64,000 nt of DNA from a virus (lineage: Duplodnaviria; Heunggongvirae; Uroviricota; Caudoviricetes), in the IMG/VR virus record IMGVR_UViG_3300024259_001450, positions 124,076 through 188,075 of that record. One strand, 5' to 3'. A model generated the notes under the pieces. It was given only the letters and a program-made list of their open reading frames with translations. It did not search any database and was not told the DNA's origin. Of this stretch, positions 19,553 through 29,997 are shown in pieces. The translations under genes were made by a program, and so were the position numbers. Numbering within the stretch: position 1 is the first letter of the stretch; each line of letters starts with the position of its first letter.

Positions 19553-22500
19553 ATTGGTATAAATCAAAAAATATTAAGATAGCTGGTGCTAAAGAAAAAA
19601 TACAGAAGTACCGTATTATAGACTCCGCTATTATCGCTTTCATCCATAAGTATGAGAATCTTATCGATTGGAATATGATTGATTCTCATCTTGCTCTAAC
19701 GGATAAAGATGCAGAATTTCACATTAATAAAGCAATTAATTCTAAACCTCTTACAGCATTATTTAACAAAATTAGATTTGGGCCTGAGTCAATTGCTCTA
19801 AAGGGAAGTAATTATTATCAAGTTGATCCTGAAAGTGAAGAAACGATTGAGATCAATAAAGAAAAACTTAGAGTTTTCCAGTTATGGTGGGACTTGATGA
19901 CTCATAAGTGGAGTAACCCTGCATTCGCATTTTTGATGTTAAAGCCAATTTTTGATTCTTCTGGTCCGAACAAAAAAGCCCCGCCTCCAGAAGTGGATGC
20001 AGAGGTTGTCAATCGTACTTATAAAGAATTAATTCAAAATCCTCAAATGAATACATTCAAAATTTATATGAAGGATTTGAAAAATGCCACATTGAGGAAA
20101 AAAGAATTTTTAGATCATATAGGCTTTGAAGAGTCAATGACTGGATGGTTACGCGTTAAAAGCAAAACAAATGATCCTGATCATTTTGAATATAACTTAG
20201 AAATTCTTAAATCTTTAAGTAGGGAAAATAACTGGTGTACCGCAAGAAATGTTGCAAATAGTTATCTATCAGAAGGCGATTTTTGGTTATATATGGTGGA
20301 CGGAACAGCTAAAGTAGCAATTAGATTGACCGGGAACAATTCTGTGATAGAAATTCGAGGTAAAAACAATCAAATTCCTAAAGACTATTGGGAAGAAGTT
20401 ATTTCGTTTTTGCACAAAAGCAATTTTGAATATCAGCATAATATCTCCTATAAAAAATTATTAGAGACTTATGGGTTCAACCAAGATTTAAGAGAGATGG
20501 ATGAAACAGGATTTGTAAATTTGATCGACACTATTGAATCTAAACCTCTCACTTATGAAAAATTAAGTGCAGAAAACAAAAAGAATTTTCCAGTATTATT
20601 AGAAGCTGCCATCAAGGGATGGACAAATCCACTCGCATTAGATATACAGAATTTTAGAACCACTCTTAAAGACAAAAGAGAAAAGGAAAAACAAAATCTG
20701 CCTGTTGATACACGCACACTAAGCAGATTAGATGATTATAAGTCAGAAGTGATTTATCGGTATAGAAGAATGCCTGTAGATATGCGGGAAAGATTATCTG
20801 ATATAATTATAGAAGGCATAAAGGATGTTTATGCATATTGTCTGACAGTAGATGATCCTTCTTCGATTTGCGATGTACCTAAAGAAATTGCAGCAAAAAT
20901 TAGCAAAAAAGAGTGGGTAAATGCCATTTACAGACTTTTTAAAGACTCTGGGGTATATGCTTTAGAATTTCATATTCCAGAAAATGTTATGAATATAGTT
21001 GATTCCAGAAAACTGAGAAATATAGTATTACGTTTATTTCTTAAAGACCCAACAGTTTGGGAACATGCTCAACAACAATGGATTGATATGATGGGAGATC
21101 AAGAGAGAAAAGTCATTGCTGACGAATTGATAAAGACACAAATTGAAAAAACTTATAGCACCACTGGTACTGCTCCTTTGATTCCAGAAGATTTAGAACA
21201 ATATATACCATTCGAAAAAATTGTAGAAGCATGGACAAAATTCGTTAGGGATTATGCTGTTCGATATGTAGAAGCCTCGATACCAGAACATATTAAATCA
21301 CAAATACCAATTGACGAGGTTGTTAGTGGATATAAAGATATGATAAAATATAATCCTGGAATTTATCTTCAAGTGCCACAAAAACTACAACCCATGATTG
21401 ATCAAGGATGGCTTCGTAGAGCAGTTTATCGATATTTCAAAATCAATATTTTCTCTATTTTCCGCAACCAAAGTGTTAGCGCTTTAGAAATGATGGAGAA
21501 ATTTTTCCCAAAAGAGTTTATAGGAAAAATGTATACACATTTCTTCAAAAAGAATCCAAGTAGTTATAACAAAATACCAGATCATTATAGAGAATATGTT
21601 CCAGAAGATGTTTTGATTGATTCATTTTCCGAAACGGTTTTGAGGCATAAAGATTCTTTAATGAAAGCATTAGAGGGGGATCAGAATATAAGTAATTTTG
21701 TGCGTTATATCAAACGTGATTATCGTGATATACCTGATAAAGTTAAAGAAAAAGTACCTAAAGAAGTTATAGAATTGTTACATTTTGCCATAAACAGCGA
21801 ATTGGCAGCAGACCCATATTCATATAAATCTCTTTCAGCAGCACATAAGGAAGTTATTACGCCTGAAACTATGGAAAGAATTAAAGAATATTGGAGAAAT
21901 TCAACCAGCAATATTACACACGCTTTTACTCAGTGTCCTCTTGAAGTCCAAAAACAACTTTTTGAAGAAAAGGGGCAATTCTATAACGATGTGGTCGCAT
22001 CTTCTTTAAGAGTAGTAACAATGAGGCCGTATATTATTTTACAGACTAGCTGGATGCATGAACCTCTTAGGGGAATGATACCGCCATATGTTTATGAACA
22101 TTTATTAAAAGAGCGACTGCCGGATTTGGGTGAAGCACTTGCAAAAGCTTTTTATGAATATAGAACTTACACCGAATATTACGCCAAGATGCCTGATATA
22201 GTTAGAAATGCTGTTCCAGAAAAAGTAAAAAAAGATATAATAATTCCTTTTTATCAAAGGCGTTATGATGCTTATGGAAGAAATGCTCTTATTCCAAAAG
22301 ATATTGTTCCATTTATAGAGCGGGTAGAACCTAAAGCTTCTGCTAACCATTGGTATAAGTATGCTCAGAATCTACCTAATGAAATAGCAAGACTTTTATT
22401 AGAGGCAGAAAAAGGATATGTCGCACCAGAAAGATTACAAAATGTATCATCGTATTTTGCCGATGAATTTACTCTAAGACAGGCTGTGTCTAAGGGTTCT

Positions 22501-22680
22501 CAAATGGCTCAAATGTCTCAGAAATATGCATTGAGTCCTAAACAGCAAGAAACCATCCAGCAATTAATGCAAGCATTTTTGGGAAAGCGTCAAGAAATGA
22601 ATGAAAATAGCGATTATCATATCGAACCAGAAACCAAAGAAAACATTTCAGAAATTCCTCAAGAACAACCAGTCGAATAG
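19549..22680 (+). CDS. Large hypothetical protein (1043 aa), MNWYK-tagged
   Basis: Uninterrupted 3.1-kb ORF starting MNWYKS with ATGA coupling. No recognisable catalytic motif. Confidence 0.5.
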   Translation: MNWYKSKNIKIAGAKEKIQKYRIIDSAIIAFIHKYENLIDWNMIDSHLALTDKDAEFHINKAINSKPLTALFNKIRFGPESIALKGSNYYQVDPESEETIEINKEKLRVFQLWWDLMTHKWSNPAFAFLMLKPIFDSSGPNKKAPPPEVDAEVVNRTYKELIQNPQMNTFKIYMKDLKNATLRKKEFLDHIGFEESMTGWLRVKSKTNDPDHFEYNLEILKSLSRENNWCTARNVANSYLSEGDFWLYMVDGTAKVAIRLTGNNSVIEIRGKNNQIPKDYWEEVISFLHKSNFEYQHNISYKKLLETYGFNQDLREMDETGFVNLIDTIESKPLTYEKLSAENKKNFPVLLEAAIKGWTNPLALDIQNFRTTLKDKREKEKQNLPVDTRTLSRLDDYKSEVIYRYRRMPVDMRERLSDIIIEGIKDVYAYCLTVDDPSSICDVPKEIAAKISKKEWVNAIYRLFKDSGVYALEFHIPENVMNIVDSRKLRNIVLRLFLKDPTVWEHAQQQWIDMMGDQERKVIADELIKTQIEKTYSTTGTAPLIPEDLEQYIPFEKIVEAWTKFVRDYAVRYVEASIPEHIKSQIPIDEVVSGYKDMIKYNPGIYLQVPQKLQPMIDQGWLRRAVYRYFKINIFSIFRNQSVSALEMMEKFFPKEFIGKMYTHFFKKNPSSYNKIPDHYREYVPEDVLIDSFSETVLRHKDSLMKALEGDQNISNFVRYIKRDYRDIPDKVKEKVPKEVIELLHFAINSELAADPYSYKSLSAAHKEVITPETMERIKEYWRNSTSNITHAFTQCPLEVQKQLFEEKGQFYNDVVASSLRVVTMRPYIILQTSWMHEPLRGMIPPYVYEHLLKERLPDLGEALAKAFYEYRTYTEYYAKMPDIVRNAVPEKVKKDIIIPFYQRRYDAYGRNALIPKDIVPFIERVEPKASANHWYKYAQNLPNEIARLLLEAEKGYVAPERLQNVSSYFADEFTLRQAVSKGSQMAQMSQKYALSPKQQETIQQLMQAFLGKRQEMNENSDYHIEPETKENISEIPQEQPVE

Positions 22681-22720
22681 TCTCTAACCTTCTATAATGA
22701 ATAGACGCAGGAGATATATC

Positions 22721-23260
22721 ATGACGCAGAAATACTACAAATATCCACGAACTTTTCATTTCCTTTGGAGTGAGAATCTTCAGAATGATGATCGTCTGCT
22801 TCCGTCGATGGATGATTTTATAGGTAAAGAAATCGTTATCACGGAAAAAATGGATGGTGAGTGCCTTGACGAAAATGTTTTGATATCAACAGACCAAGGA
22901 GAAATTTCTATTGGAGAAAAATGTTTTTGTAATGATAGAGAAAGCTTTGTCAAATATATTGTTCTTAGGTTGAGATTCCACAATACAAAAGAAAAATTTA
23001 GGGAACTTCGAAAAAGAGCAGAAGATATCGTAGATGAAGTAATATTTTTGTGGAAAAAGAAGGAAAAAGAACGTAAAGAGGGAAATACTGAAAAAGCGGT
23101 TAAAGTAGGCGGATATAAACCCGGCATTAATGAAAAGCCACTTACAGAGGGTTACCAGCCAAAAGCTTCCGCTTCTCAAGAGATCATTCCTCCTTCTCCA
23201 CCAAGAAAACGTATTAAAGTTAATCCGCAGATGTGTCCTCATTGCGGTAAGGAGATATAA
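22721..23260 (+). CDS. Rnl2-family-like (KYPxxxH…EKxDG) motif protein, short, possibly a remnant
   Basis: MTQKYYKYPRTFHF…ITEKMDGE resembles the RNA-ligase (Rnl2/PF09414) N-terminus with nucleotidyltransferase motif I KxDG. AGGAGAT RBS. The protein is only about 180 aa. Confidence 0.3.
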   Translation: MTQKYYKYPRTFHFLWSENLQNDDRLLPSMDDFIGKEIVITEKMDGECLDENVLISTDQGEISIGEKCFCNDRESFVKYIVLRLRFHNTKEKFRELRKRAEDIVDEVIFLWKKKEKERKEGNTEKAVKVGGYKPGINEKPLTEGYQPKASASQEIIPPSPPRKRIKVNPQMCPHCGKEI

Positions 23261-23724
23261 TGGACACGATGTATCAAATAGGTGATTGGGTAGAAGTGAA
23301 GTCTCGTGTTGAGTTCTATTACGACAAAGATAGGATGCGTAAAACACGAGAAGCACCCTATGATGAGCCGTGGAAAGGGCAAGTGGTTGGTGTCGCTACG
23401 AGAATGTTAGGACAATATTATCCCCCTGAGACATCATATAGCCCCAGTTATGATTCGATGACTGACTACGGAGAATATGAGCCTGCTTATCTCACTTGGG
23501 AAAAAACGGTTCGTGTTTGGCTGGTTCGCAGAGGCATGATAAATCTACCTGTAGAAGTTTCATCACAGGGACTAGAAATAACTACACCAGAAGAACAGTT
23601 ACCGTGGATGTGGACTAATCCATTAAGATGTACAAAAGAATATAGAAGTATGTTAAGTAGAGAGTCGCGTGATTGGCCTAGAGACGAAAAAGGCAGATGG
23701 ATTTCGTTTAAGAAAGGTAAATAA
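23260..23724 (+). CDS. Hypothetical protein
   Basis: 154-aa ORF coupled via TAATG. Confidence 0.4.
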   Translation: MDTMYQIGDWVEVKSRVEFYYDKDRMRKTREAPYDEPWKGQVVGVATRMLGQYYPPETSYSPSYDSMTDYGEYEPAYLTWEKTVRVWLVRRGMINLPVEVSSQGLEITTPEEQLPWMWTNPLRCTKEYRSMLSRESRDWPRDEKGRWISFKKGK

Positions 23725-23818
23725 TGTCAAGAAAGAAAAAGCATAGTAAAAGTCGTCGTAGACGCAAAATAGGTTCTCATAAGCGTCGTGCAGCAAAAAG
23801 ACGAAGTAAGGAAAGATA

Positions 23819-24727
23819 ATGAGTAAGCTGATTGTATTACGTGGTCTGCCAGGTTCTGGCAAATCGACCAAGGCGAAAGAAATTGTACAGCAAGACCATA
23901 ACGCTGTACGAGTCAATAAAGATGCGCTTAGAGATATGCTTTTCTTCATCTCAAAAAGTGATCATTCGGAATGGTCAAATAAGAGAGAAAATATTGTTAA
24001 AAAGGCACAACTTGAACTTGTGAGAACTTTACTTGCCAAACATAAAACGGTTATTATAGATGATACTAATTTAAATCAGAACACCGTCCGAAGATGGGAA
24101 GATGTAGCATTGCAAGGCAATCACAAATTCCAAATTATTACCATTGATACTGATGTAGAGGAATGCATCAAGCGTGATGCTCTGCGTGATATTACTGTTG
24201 GTGAAGAAGTTATCCGAAAATTCGCTTCTGTTCATCATATTGGTAATAACAAAGCAGACGACCAGAAGGCTTTTGACTGTCCTGATGATAAGAAAATTGT
24301 CATTTATGACTTAGACGGTACACTTGCTGATGTTGAACATAGATTGCATTTCATTAATGGTGGAGTTCGAAAAGATTGGGCTGGATTTTTCGACGGAATG
24401 AGTAAAGACCCTCTTAGAGAAGGGGTTGCCAGTCTAATTACAGATTGCTATAAAGATCACATAACTATTATAGTAACAGGGCGTCCTTCAAATTACCGCA
24501 CTAAAACAGAGAAATGGCTTAAAAAACATAACATACCATATAAGGCTCTGTATATGAGGAAAGCTGGTGATTTTAGACCTGATTATATTGTCAAACAAGA
24601 AATCCTCGATAAATTCTTGCCAAAAGACAAAATTGAGATGATCGTGGACGATAGGAAATGTGTTTTGGATATGTGGAGGTCGAATAGATTACCAGTAATC
24701 GATGTCGGCGATGGCACAGATTTTTAA
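23819..24727 (+). CDS. Polynucleotide kinase-phosphatase (T4 Pnk-like)
   Basis: N-terminal P-loop kinase LRGLPGSGKST. C-terminal HAD phosphatase motif VIYDLDGTLAD…IVDDR. Confidence 0.8.
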   Translation: MSKLIVLRGLPGSGKSTKAKEIVQQDHNAVRVNKDALRDMLFFISKSDHSEWSNKRENIVKKAQLELVRTLLAKHKTVIIDDTNLNQNTVRRWEDVALQGNHKFQIITIDTDVEECIKRDALRDITVGEEVIRKFASVHHIGNNKADDQKAFDCPDDKKIVIYDLDGTLADVEHRLHFINGGVRKDWAGFFDGMSKDPLREGVASLITDCYKDHITIIVTGRPSNYRTKTEKWLKKHNIPYKALYMRKAGDFRPDYIVKQEILDKFLPKDKIEMIVDDRKCVLDMWRSNRLPVIDVGDGTDF

Positions 24728-24787
24728 AGCGGTGACAGTAAACAGAGTAAACTTAACAAGGAGTTATTATTATGAAGAGTTATTATT

Positions 24788-25204
24788 ATGAAACAAAGTA
24801 GTGCATGGAAAAAATTAGGCAAACCAGTTGTAGTAGTTGATTTCGATGGCGTTATTATGGATTACACCAAGGGATTTCGAGGGGTTGATGTTTTCGATGA
24901 AGCCGTTGATGGAGCAGGCGAAGCATTACAAGAATTGCAAGATGCAAATTGGCATATCGTTATTTTCACCACACGGTTTGCTTCACCAGCATTGGTGGAA
25001 TGGCTCAAAGATAAAAAGATTCCATATAATGCATTGAATTCTACAGATCACAATCCTCCCAATACGTCGCATAAGCCTATTGCTACTGTATATTTAGATG
25101 ATAGAGCATGGCCTTGGGGTGGAAAACAGTATACAAAAGAAACATGGCAACAGATTGTCAAGGACTTGAAAAAGATGCAGAAAGAAATGTCTGCGTTTGC
25201 ATAA
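24788..25204 (+). CDS. HAD-superfamily phosphatase-like protein
   Basis: VVVDFDGVIMDY (HAD motif I) and YLDDR-type motif. Confidence 0.5.
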   Translation: MKQSSAWKKLGKPVVVVDFDGVIMDYTKGFRGVDVFDEAVDGAGEALQELQDANWHIVIFTTRFASPALVEWLKDKKIPYNALNSTDHNPPNTSHKPIATVYLDDRAWPWGGKQYTKETWQQIVKDLKKMQKEMSAFA

Positions 25205-25215
25205 GGAGATTTATA

Positions 25216-25524
25216 ATGATCAGTCATGCGTTTTACACAGTTGTAGTGAAATTGGCATCGTTCAAATCCATTGAAACAAAAGGATCACCTGTTCTTACTT
25301 GTGATGCTGATGAAAATATAGTGGGCATTAATTATGTAAATTGGGCAGATGTCAAAAAGGAAGTAAAAGAATTGGAAACCAAAGGTCTTGAAGATGGCAA
25401 AGATTTTGCTATCTTCCACGCGGCAGATGGCAATTTCAAGAATAAAGACTATGAAGTTGTAGAATACCCGTGGGTATCTTTGGATACAGAAAGTGAGAAT
25501 CTAGTTTATAACAATGCAGTTTAA
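25216..25524 (+). CDS. Hypothetical protein
   Basis: ORF with AGGAGAT RBS before ATG at 25216. Confidence 0.35.
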   Translation: MISHAFYTVVVKLASFKSIETKGSPVLTCDADENIVGINYVNWADVKKEVKELETKGLEDGKDFAIFHAADGNFKNKDYEVVEYPWVSLDTESENLVYNNAV

Positions 25525-25825
25525 TATTCCTAAACAAGAAGTTATATATGTTTTGTCCGAGAATTGGACATTTCATGTCGATATCGATCACATCAATGGT
25601 CAATTTTGTGACTATTTTCTGAATGATGGGATTGGGGAGGGTGTTTTTAGCAGTGACAAACAAGAAGTTATTTTGCCAGCAGGTTCAAGGATACAGGCGT
25701 CTTATCTGGATAGTACGAAAATAATGTTTAATTATTTGCCTACAAAACATCCGGAAGACCATAATGTTTTCTCTTTTTGGGTTTACTATGAAGAACTAGA
25801 GAAATTTCATTATGATAATTCGTAA
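25514..25825 (+). CDS. Hypothetical protein
   Basis: 103-aa ORF. Confidence 0.35.
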   Translation: MQFNIPKQEVIYVLSENWTFHVDIDHINGQFCDYFLNDGIGEGVFSSDKQEVILPAGSRIQASYLDSTKIMFNYLPTKHPEDHNVFSFWVYYEELEKFHYDNS

Positions 25826-26964
25826 TGTGACTTACGACGTATCTTTATCCGGATGGCTGACTTAACTTCCGCTTCGGAGATCAAAATCAAATACCCTCCC
25901 CCTCCCGCACCAGACACCTTCCATCCAAGGGCGGTGTCTGCAAACTCGTGAATTCTTTGCATTATAGCACTATCCACCATTCTTGGGAATAGTGCTATTT
26001 GTGCCTCAAATGATTTCTTGAAGAATGCTCCGAATTTTTTTATATCCTGAGACAATATAGCATCCCAACAACCATCAGCCGCATATGCTAATGCTTTTGC
26101 ATTGTGTACATCCAAATAAGTATCGCTTAATACATCATAATCATTGTGTCTAGGAAACAATGGAACCAAATAAATGCATTCTTCCAGCCAATCCAATGTC
26201 GGACCATTTGTTATACTAACAATATCTGTGGGCCAATAATGATTATCATAATAAGCCTTATTCAGTCCCGGCATCACAATCCCCATGGAGTCTTGGGCAC
26301 CAGAAACGCAAGTAGTCCCCGGTGGGTTATCAAAACAAAACAATGTTTTTGCTAATTTCTCAAAATTGCCAGATGGAATATCATTCTGCCACAATTCAAT
26401 TGCTTTCTGTCTCGTGCTTGATGCCATACCACTTCTGTCGTTAAATTCAATCGTTGGTTCAATGCTGATCGTTAACACATTGCCAGGATGATATTTAGAC
26501 ACATATGGTTGATCAAGCCATGAACCAGCCAAATCAATTCTATATGGAATATTGCTATGCTGTTTGATCGCTGTACTGCTACGAGGGGTAAGCCCCTCAT
26601 GTGGTTTTCGCCGCAAAATTTTATATTGGATGCCCAACGCTCCACAAAGGTTTTCTTTTTCTTTATAGTTTCCATCTTCATTGGTTATGAATATGTCTGG
26701 TTTAATTTCTCTGATTTCTTTATCGAAATCTAACACTCCTGAACCAGAAGAAATGAATGCATCCGAAACGTAACGAATTGCTTTGATTAGATAAAGACGC
26801 TCTTTTTCATCAACTACAGGTCGTCTTCCTTTTAATTCTTCAATTGTTTTATCTGAACCTATGGCTACAATTAGATCACCATATTTTGAGGCTTCCTCAA
26901 AGAAAGAAAGGTGGCCGCTATGAAATAGATCGAAACATCCGCTGACAAATACCTTTTTGTTCAT
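25810..26964 (-). CDS. Bifunctional cytidylyltransferase-like / GHMP-kinase-like sugar-nucleotide enzyme
   Basis: N-terminal nucleotidyltransferase motif VFVSGCFDLFHSGHLSF (HxGH). C-terminal GHMP kinase motif III KVSGAGGGGYLILI. Confidence 0.55.
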   Translation of the reverse strand: MNKKVFVSGCFDLFHSGHLSFFEEASKYGDLIVAIGSDKTIEELKGRRPVVDEKERLYLIKAIRYVSDAFISSGSGVLDFDKEIREIKPDIFITNEDGNYKEKENLCGALGIQYKILRRKPHEGLTPRSSTAIKQHSNIPYRIDLAGSWLDQPYVSKYHPGNVLTISIEPTIEFNDRSGMASSTRQKAIELWQNDIPSGNFEKLAKTLFCFDNPPGTTCVSGAQDSMGIVMPGLNKAYYDNHYWPTDIVSITNGPTLDWLEECIYLVPLFPRHNDYDVLSDTYLDVHNAKALAYAADGCWDAILSQDIKKFGAFFKKSFEAQIALFPRMVDSAIMQRIHEFADTALGWKVSGAGGGGYLILISEAEVKSAIRIKIRRKSHYELS

Positions 26965-26979
26965 ACATTTAAGATCGGA

Positions 26980-27564
26980 TTAGTATGGTAAACTTCTTAA
27001 GAAAGGTTGTACAGCAGAATCTTGCTGTTGTCTAGTTTGTTGTCCGAACTGTTCTGCTGGGCCTTCCTGTACGCTTGTAAACGGTTGTCCAGACTGGATG
27101 GCACTACCATAGTCTCTGACATGGGCGCTTTCATGTGCGGCTGTTTCTAGCAATTCTCCCAATATCCAAGAGCCTACTTGTTGGATAAGGCTGTTGACGA
27201 TATCTGGGTCAGTTTCTATTCCGTCCATTTGTGCTGTAGGAGGTAGTGAATGTTTGGCATTATCAAATACCTTTTTGACATCGACATGGATTACGCCAGG
27301 TTCATGGCTGATTGCTAACCCTTGAGCAGAAGCATCGGCAATTGGGCTAGTGTCTATTTTTTTGACATTATTTTCTATAAGAATAGGTGCTATACGAGTT
27401 TTTACTTCATCTAGTAGTTGATAGGCAGAAATCGTGACTCCTGAACCTGGTATTGCGATATTCTCACTTTGACCGGTGCCAGTGATCTCGATTGCTTTGG
27501 CTTGTTCCATCAATTGTTGATATTCAAGCCCTATATTTTGTTGTGCTTTTATAAACCAGTTCAT
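26980..27564 (-). CDS. HExxH-motif protein, MNWF-tagged
   Basis: Begins MNWFIKAQQ. TAAHESAHVRD motif. Confidence 0.4.
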   Translation of the reverse strand: MNWFIKAQQNIGLEYQQLMEQAKAIEITGTGQSENIAIPGSGVTISAYQLLDEVKTRIAPILIENNVKKIDTSPIADASAQGLAISHEPGVIHVDVKKVFDNAKHSLPPTAQMDGIETDPDIVNSLIQQVGSWILGELLETAAHESAHVRDYGSAIQSGQPFTSVQEGPAEQFGQQTRQQQDSAVQPFLRSLPY

Positions 27565-27653
27565 ATTTCTCTGTTGGTGATAAATTTACACTTATACTAG
27601 TCCTGTATTCAGTGAAAGTATATAAAACCCTTCTATAGATAAGGAGAATTCTA

Positions 27654-28430
27654 ATGAAAAGGAAAACCACAAAAGAACAAAAAGTAGCAACAGCATCAAT
27701 TCCTAGAGAAAATATTATTGCCCCTAAAGGCACAAAAATAGTTACCCAAGAAGATATTGATATGAAACAGCAAGTGATTACTAATCATTTATATCAAGTC
27801 GGTAACTTGGTAGCAGGAATTTGTTCAGCCGATTTAGACGGAGAATATAAAGAAATGCAAAAAGCTATGTTTACTAGTGTTATTGAGAGATCGTCTGATA
27901 TCATTATGGCCGTTGTTAATAATATGACGCTAGAGGACGGTACAATTGTTATAAATACTAATAGGGAAATTCCATTTTGCGAAACACCAGATTCAATTCT
28001 AGACACAGAAAAGATGCGTGATTCCGGTTTGTCTCCATTGAGCTATAAGCCAGCTAATACTCCGAATGTAATTGTTTTAGATAGGCATTCGCTTTTGGAA
28101 CACAATTTGGTTGAGAGGAGCAATACTCCTATTACCAGTGAAATGTTACATAGATTAAAAAGTAAATTGAACACCATAGATGATCCTAAAAAAGCACAAG
28201 GGCCAATAAGAATCGATATGGATGAAGCGGAAAATAAAAAGCTTCCCAAAAACAAGAACAATGAAAATCAGATGTCTACAGAAGCCTCTTCTCTTCTCGA
28301 TGATTATGTAGAGAAATATAATAAGCAAATTTTCGCTAACCGTTCAGAAGCCGCCAAAAAAGGTTGGGTAACTCGTAAAAATAACATAAAAAAGGCCAAA
28401 AGAAATGCAAAACGAAGAAAAAACAGATAA
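27654..28430 (+). CDS. Hypothetical protein with Lys/Arg-rich C-terminus
   Basis: 258-aa ORF. Confidence 0.4.
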   Translation: MKRKTTKEQKVATASIPRENIIAPKGTKIVTQEDIDMKQQVITNHLYQVGNLVAGICSADLDGEYKEMQKAMFTSVIERSSDIIMAVVNNMTLEDGTIVINTNREIPFCETPDSILDTEKMRDSGLSPLSYKPANTPNVIVLDRHSLLEHNLVERSNTPITSEMLHRLKSKLNTIDDPKKAQGPIRIDMDEAENKKLPKNKNNENQMSTEASSLLDDYVEKYNKQIFANRSEAAKKGWVTRKNNIKKAKRNAKRRKNR

Positions 28431-28713
28431 ACAATTAAAAAAAGAAAACAAAGAACTTCTCAAAGAGAACAAAAGACTCATAAAAGAGAACGAAGCCGCT
28501 AGAGCAATAGCAGAGGAAAAAGCAAATAAACATCCTTGTGAGAATTATTGGTTTCGTAGAGCATTGTACTTAGAAAAAGAGATTGAGAAAAGAGACAAGC
28601 AAATTGAAAACATGAACGTAGGAATTTCCGTAGCAGTAATCAAATTGGATATGATAGAAAATAATATAGTTACAATCATGAAAGAAGCAAAAGCATGTTG
28701 TCCAAAGAAATGA
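28405..28713 (+). CDS. Hypothetical coiled-coil protein
   Basis: Heptad-like KEN/KRL repeats. Confidence 0.3.
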   Translation: MQNEEKTDKQLKKENKELLKENKRLIKENEAARAIAEEKANKHPCENYWFRRALYLEKEIEKRDKQIENMNVGISVAVIKLDMIENNIVTIMKEAKACCPKK

Positions 28714-29108
28714 AAAAATATGCTGTAATTCAAGTGTGGCAATGTTATGATGATATAGAAGGAGTGGAATGCATTGATTCATTTGATACCAAGAAAGAAT
28801 GCAATAAGATTATCAAGTCCATGACTGATAAACGAGATGCAGAGTGGAAGAAGAGATTTGATTACATCGAAAAATATATTGATGATTTTGAAATACCAAA
28901 AATACATTACACCAATTGGAATTATGATAACTGGAAGAAATATCTTTTACAGATTCATTGGTGTTTGGCGAACGGTAGTGTTGACACAAAAAATTTTAAA
29001 GATCAATTAAAGATGTATATTAGGGGTGGAACATGTATGAATCTGAAAGATTTTAATCCGCCAGATTATTCCGAAATTGGTCAATTATTTGTAGTTAAAT
29101 TAAAATAA
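28695..29108 (+). CDS. Hypothetical protein
   Basis: 137-aa ORF. Confidence 0.35.
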   Translation: MLSKEMKKYAVIQVWQCYDDIEGVECIDSFDTKKECNKIIKSMTDKRDAEWKKRFDYIEKYIDDFEIPKIHYTNWNYDNWKKYLLQIHWCLANGSVDTKNFKDQLKMYIRGGTCMNLKDFNPPDYSEIGQLFVVKLK

Positions 29109-29124
29109 TGAAAGGTTCAAGACA

Positions 29125-29997
29125 ATGAAAAGTATTCATATCGTAGAAAAAACACTTCCGATGGCATGGGAAAAGGCAGTTTTAGCATGTTGGAAACAAG
29201 GGGAAAGTTTTCCCACTGAATATGACAAGCCTAATGATCCAAACAGCAGAGACGTTGTCGCCCTTATTCATGTTACAGAGCCATTTTCTGAGCCTAGAAT
29301 TCATAGGGCATTTCCAGGCGGGTTAGATGATTTAGAGAAATATAGAGCAGAAGTCTTATACGGTGTTCACAATCATTGGGTAGACCCTGTTGCCGGTAAA
29401 TGGGAATATACATATCATCAGAGATTATTTGAATACAATGTTCCACGAAATATTGCAGATGGCTTCACTGGACAATTGCCTATGCCAGACTCTATCATTA
29501 ATCAAGTAGGTAGATGCATAGAAATGCTAAAGAAATGTGGATATACCAGAAGGGCACAAGCAGTTACGTGGAAAGCATGGGAAGATTTAGGCATTCATGA
29601 TCCTGCTTGTTTACAGAGATTGTGGTTCAGAGTACAAGATGGAAAACTGAACATGAATATTCACATTCGTAGCAATGACGCATATAAAGCTGGATTTATG
29701 AATATGTATGCATTTATTGAATTGCAAAAATATGTTGCCGAACAAGTCGGAGTAGAACCAGGTGAATATGTGCATATCGCTGATTCATTCCATATCTATG
29801 GAAGTTACTTTGATGAATTTAAAGGTTTCCTGAAAACAGTTAAAGATAGAAAAGAAGAAGATAGAATATATACAGAAAAATTCGCAATTCCATTCTTCAT
29901 TGATGGTTGTGACACGCTTTTGGCAGAAGATGATATGCCAGAAGATAAGAGGAAATTGGTTTTGGCGAGAAAAGCAAAGCTAGAAAGTTTATCTTAA
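29125..29997 (+). CDS. Thymidylate synthase / dNMP hydroxymethylase-family (ThyA-fold) enzyme
   Basis: C-terminal half matches the ThyA/dCMP-HMase pattern: DPACLQRLWF (Cys nucleophile region) and IRSNDAYKAGFMNMYAF…GEYVHIADSFHIY. The N-terminal half is divergent and lacks the DRTGTGT folate loop. Confidence 0.6.
   Translation: MKSIHIVEKTLPMAWEKAVLACWKQGESFPTEYDKPNDPNSRDVVALIHVTEPFSEPRIHRAFPGGLDDLEKYRAEVLYGVHNHWVDPVAGKWEYTYHQRLFEYNVPRNIADGFTGQLPMPDSIINQVGRCIEMLKKCGYTRRAQAVTWKAWEDLGIHDPACLQRLWFRVQDGKLNMNIHIRSNDAYKAGFMNMYAFIELQKYVAEQVGVEPGEYVHIADSFHIYGSYFDEFKGFLKTVKDRKEEDRIYTEKFAIPFFIDGCDTLLAEDDMPEDKRKLVLARKAKLESLS

Noticed and set aside
22780-23356. Minus-strand ORFs 22780..23127 and 22886..23356
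   Set aside because: Low-complexity Phe/Leu/Ser-rich translations antisense to plus-strand genes that carry RBSs. Typical AT-rich antisense artefacts.
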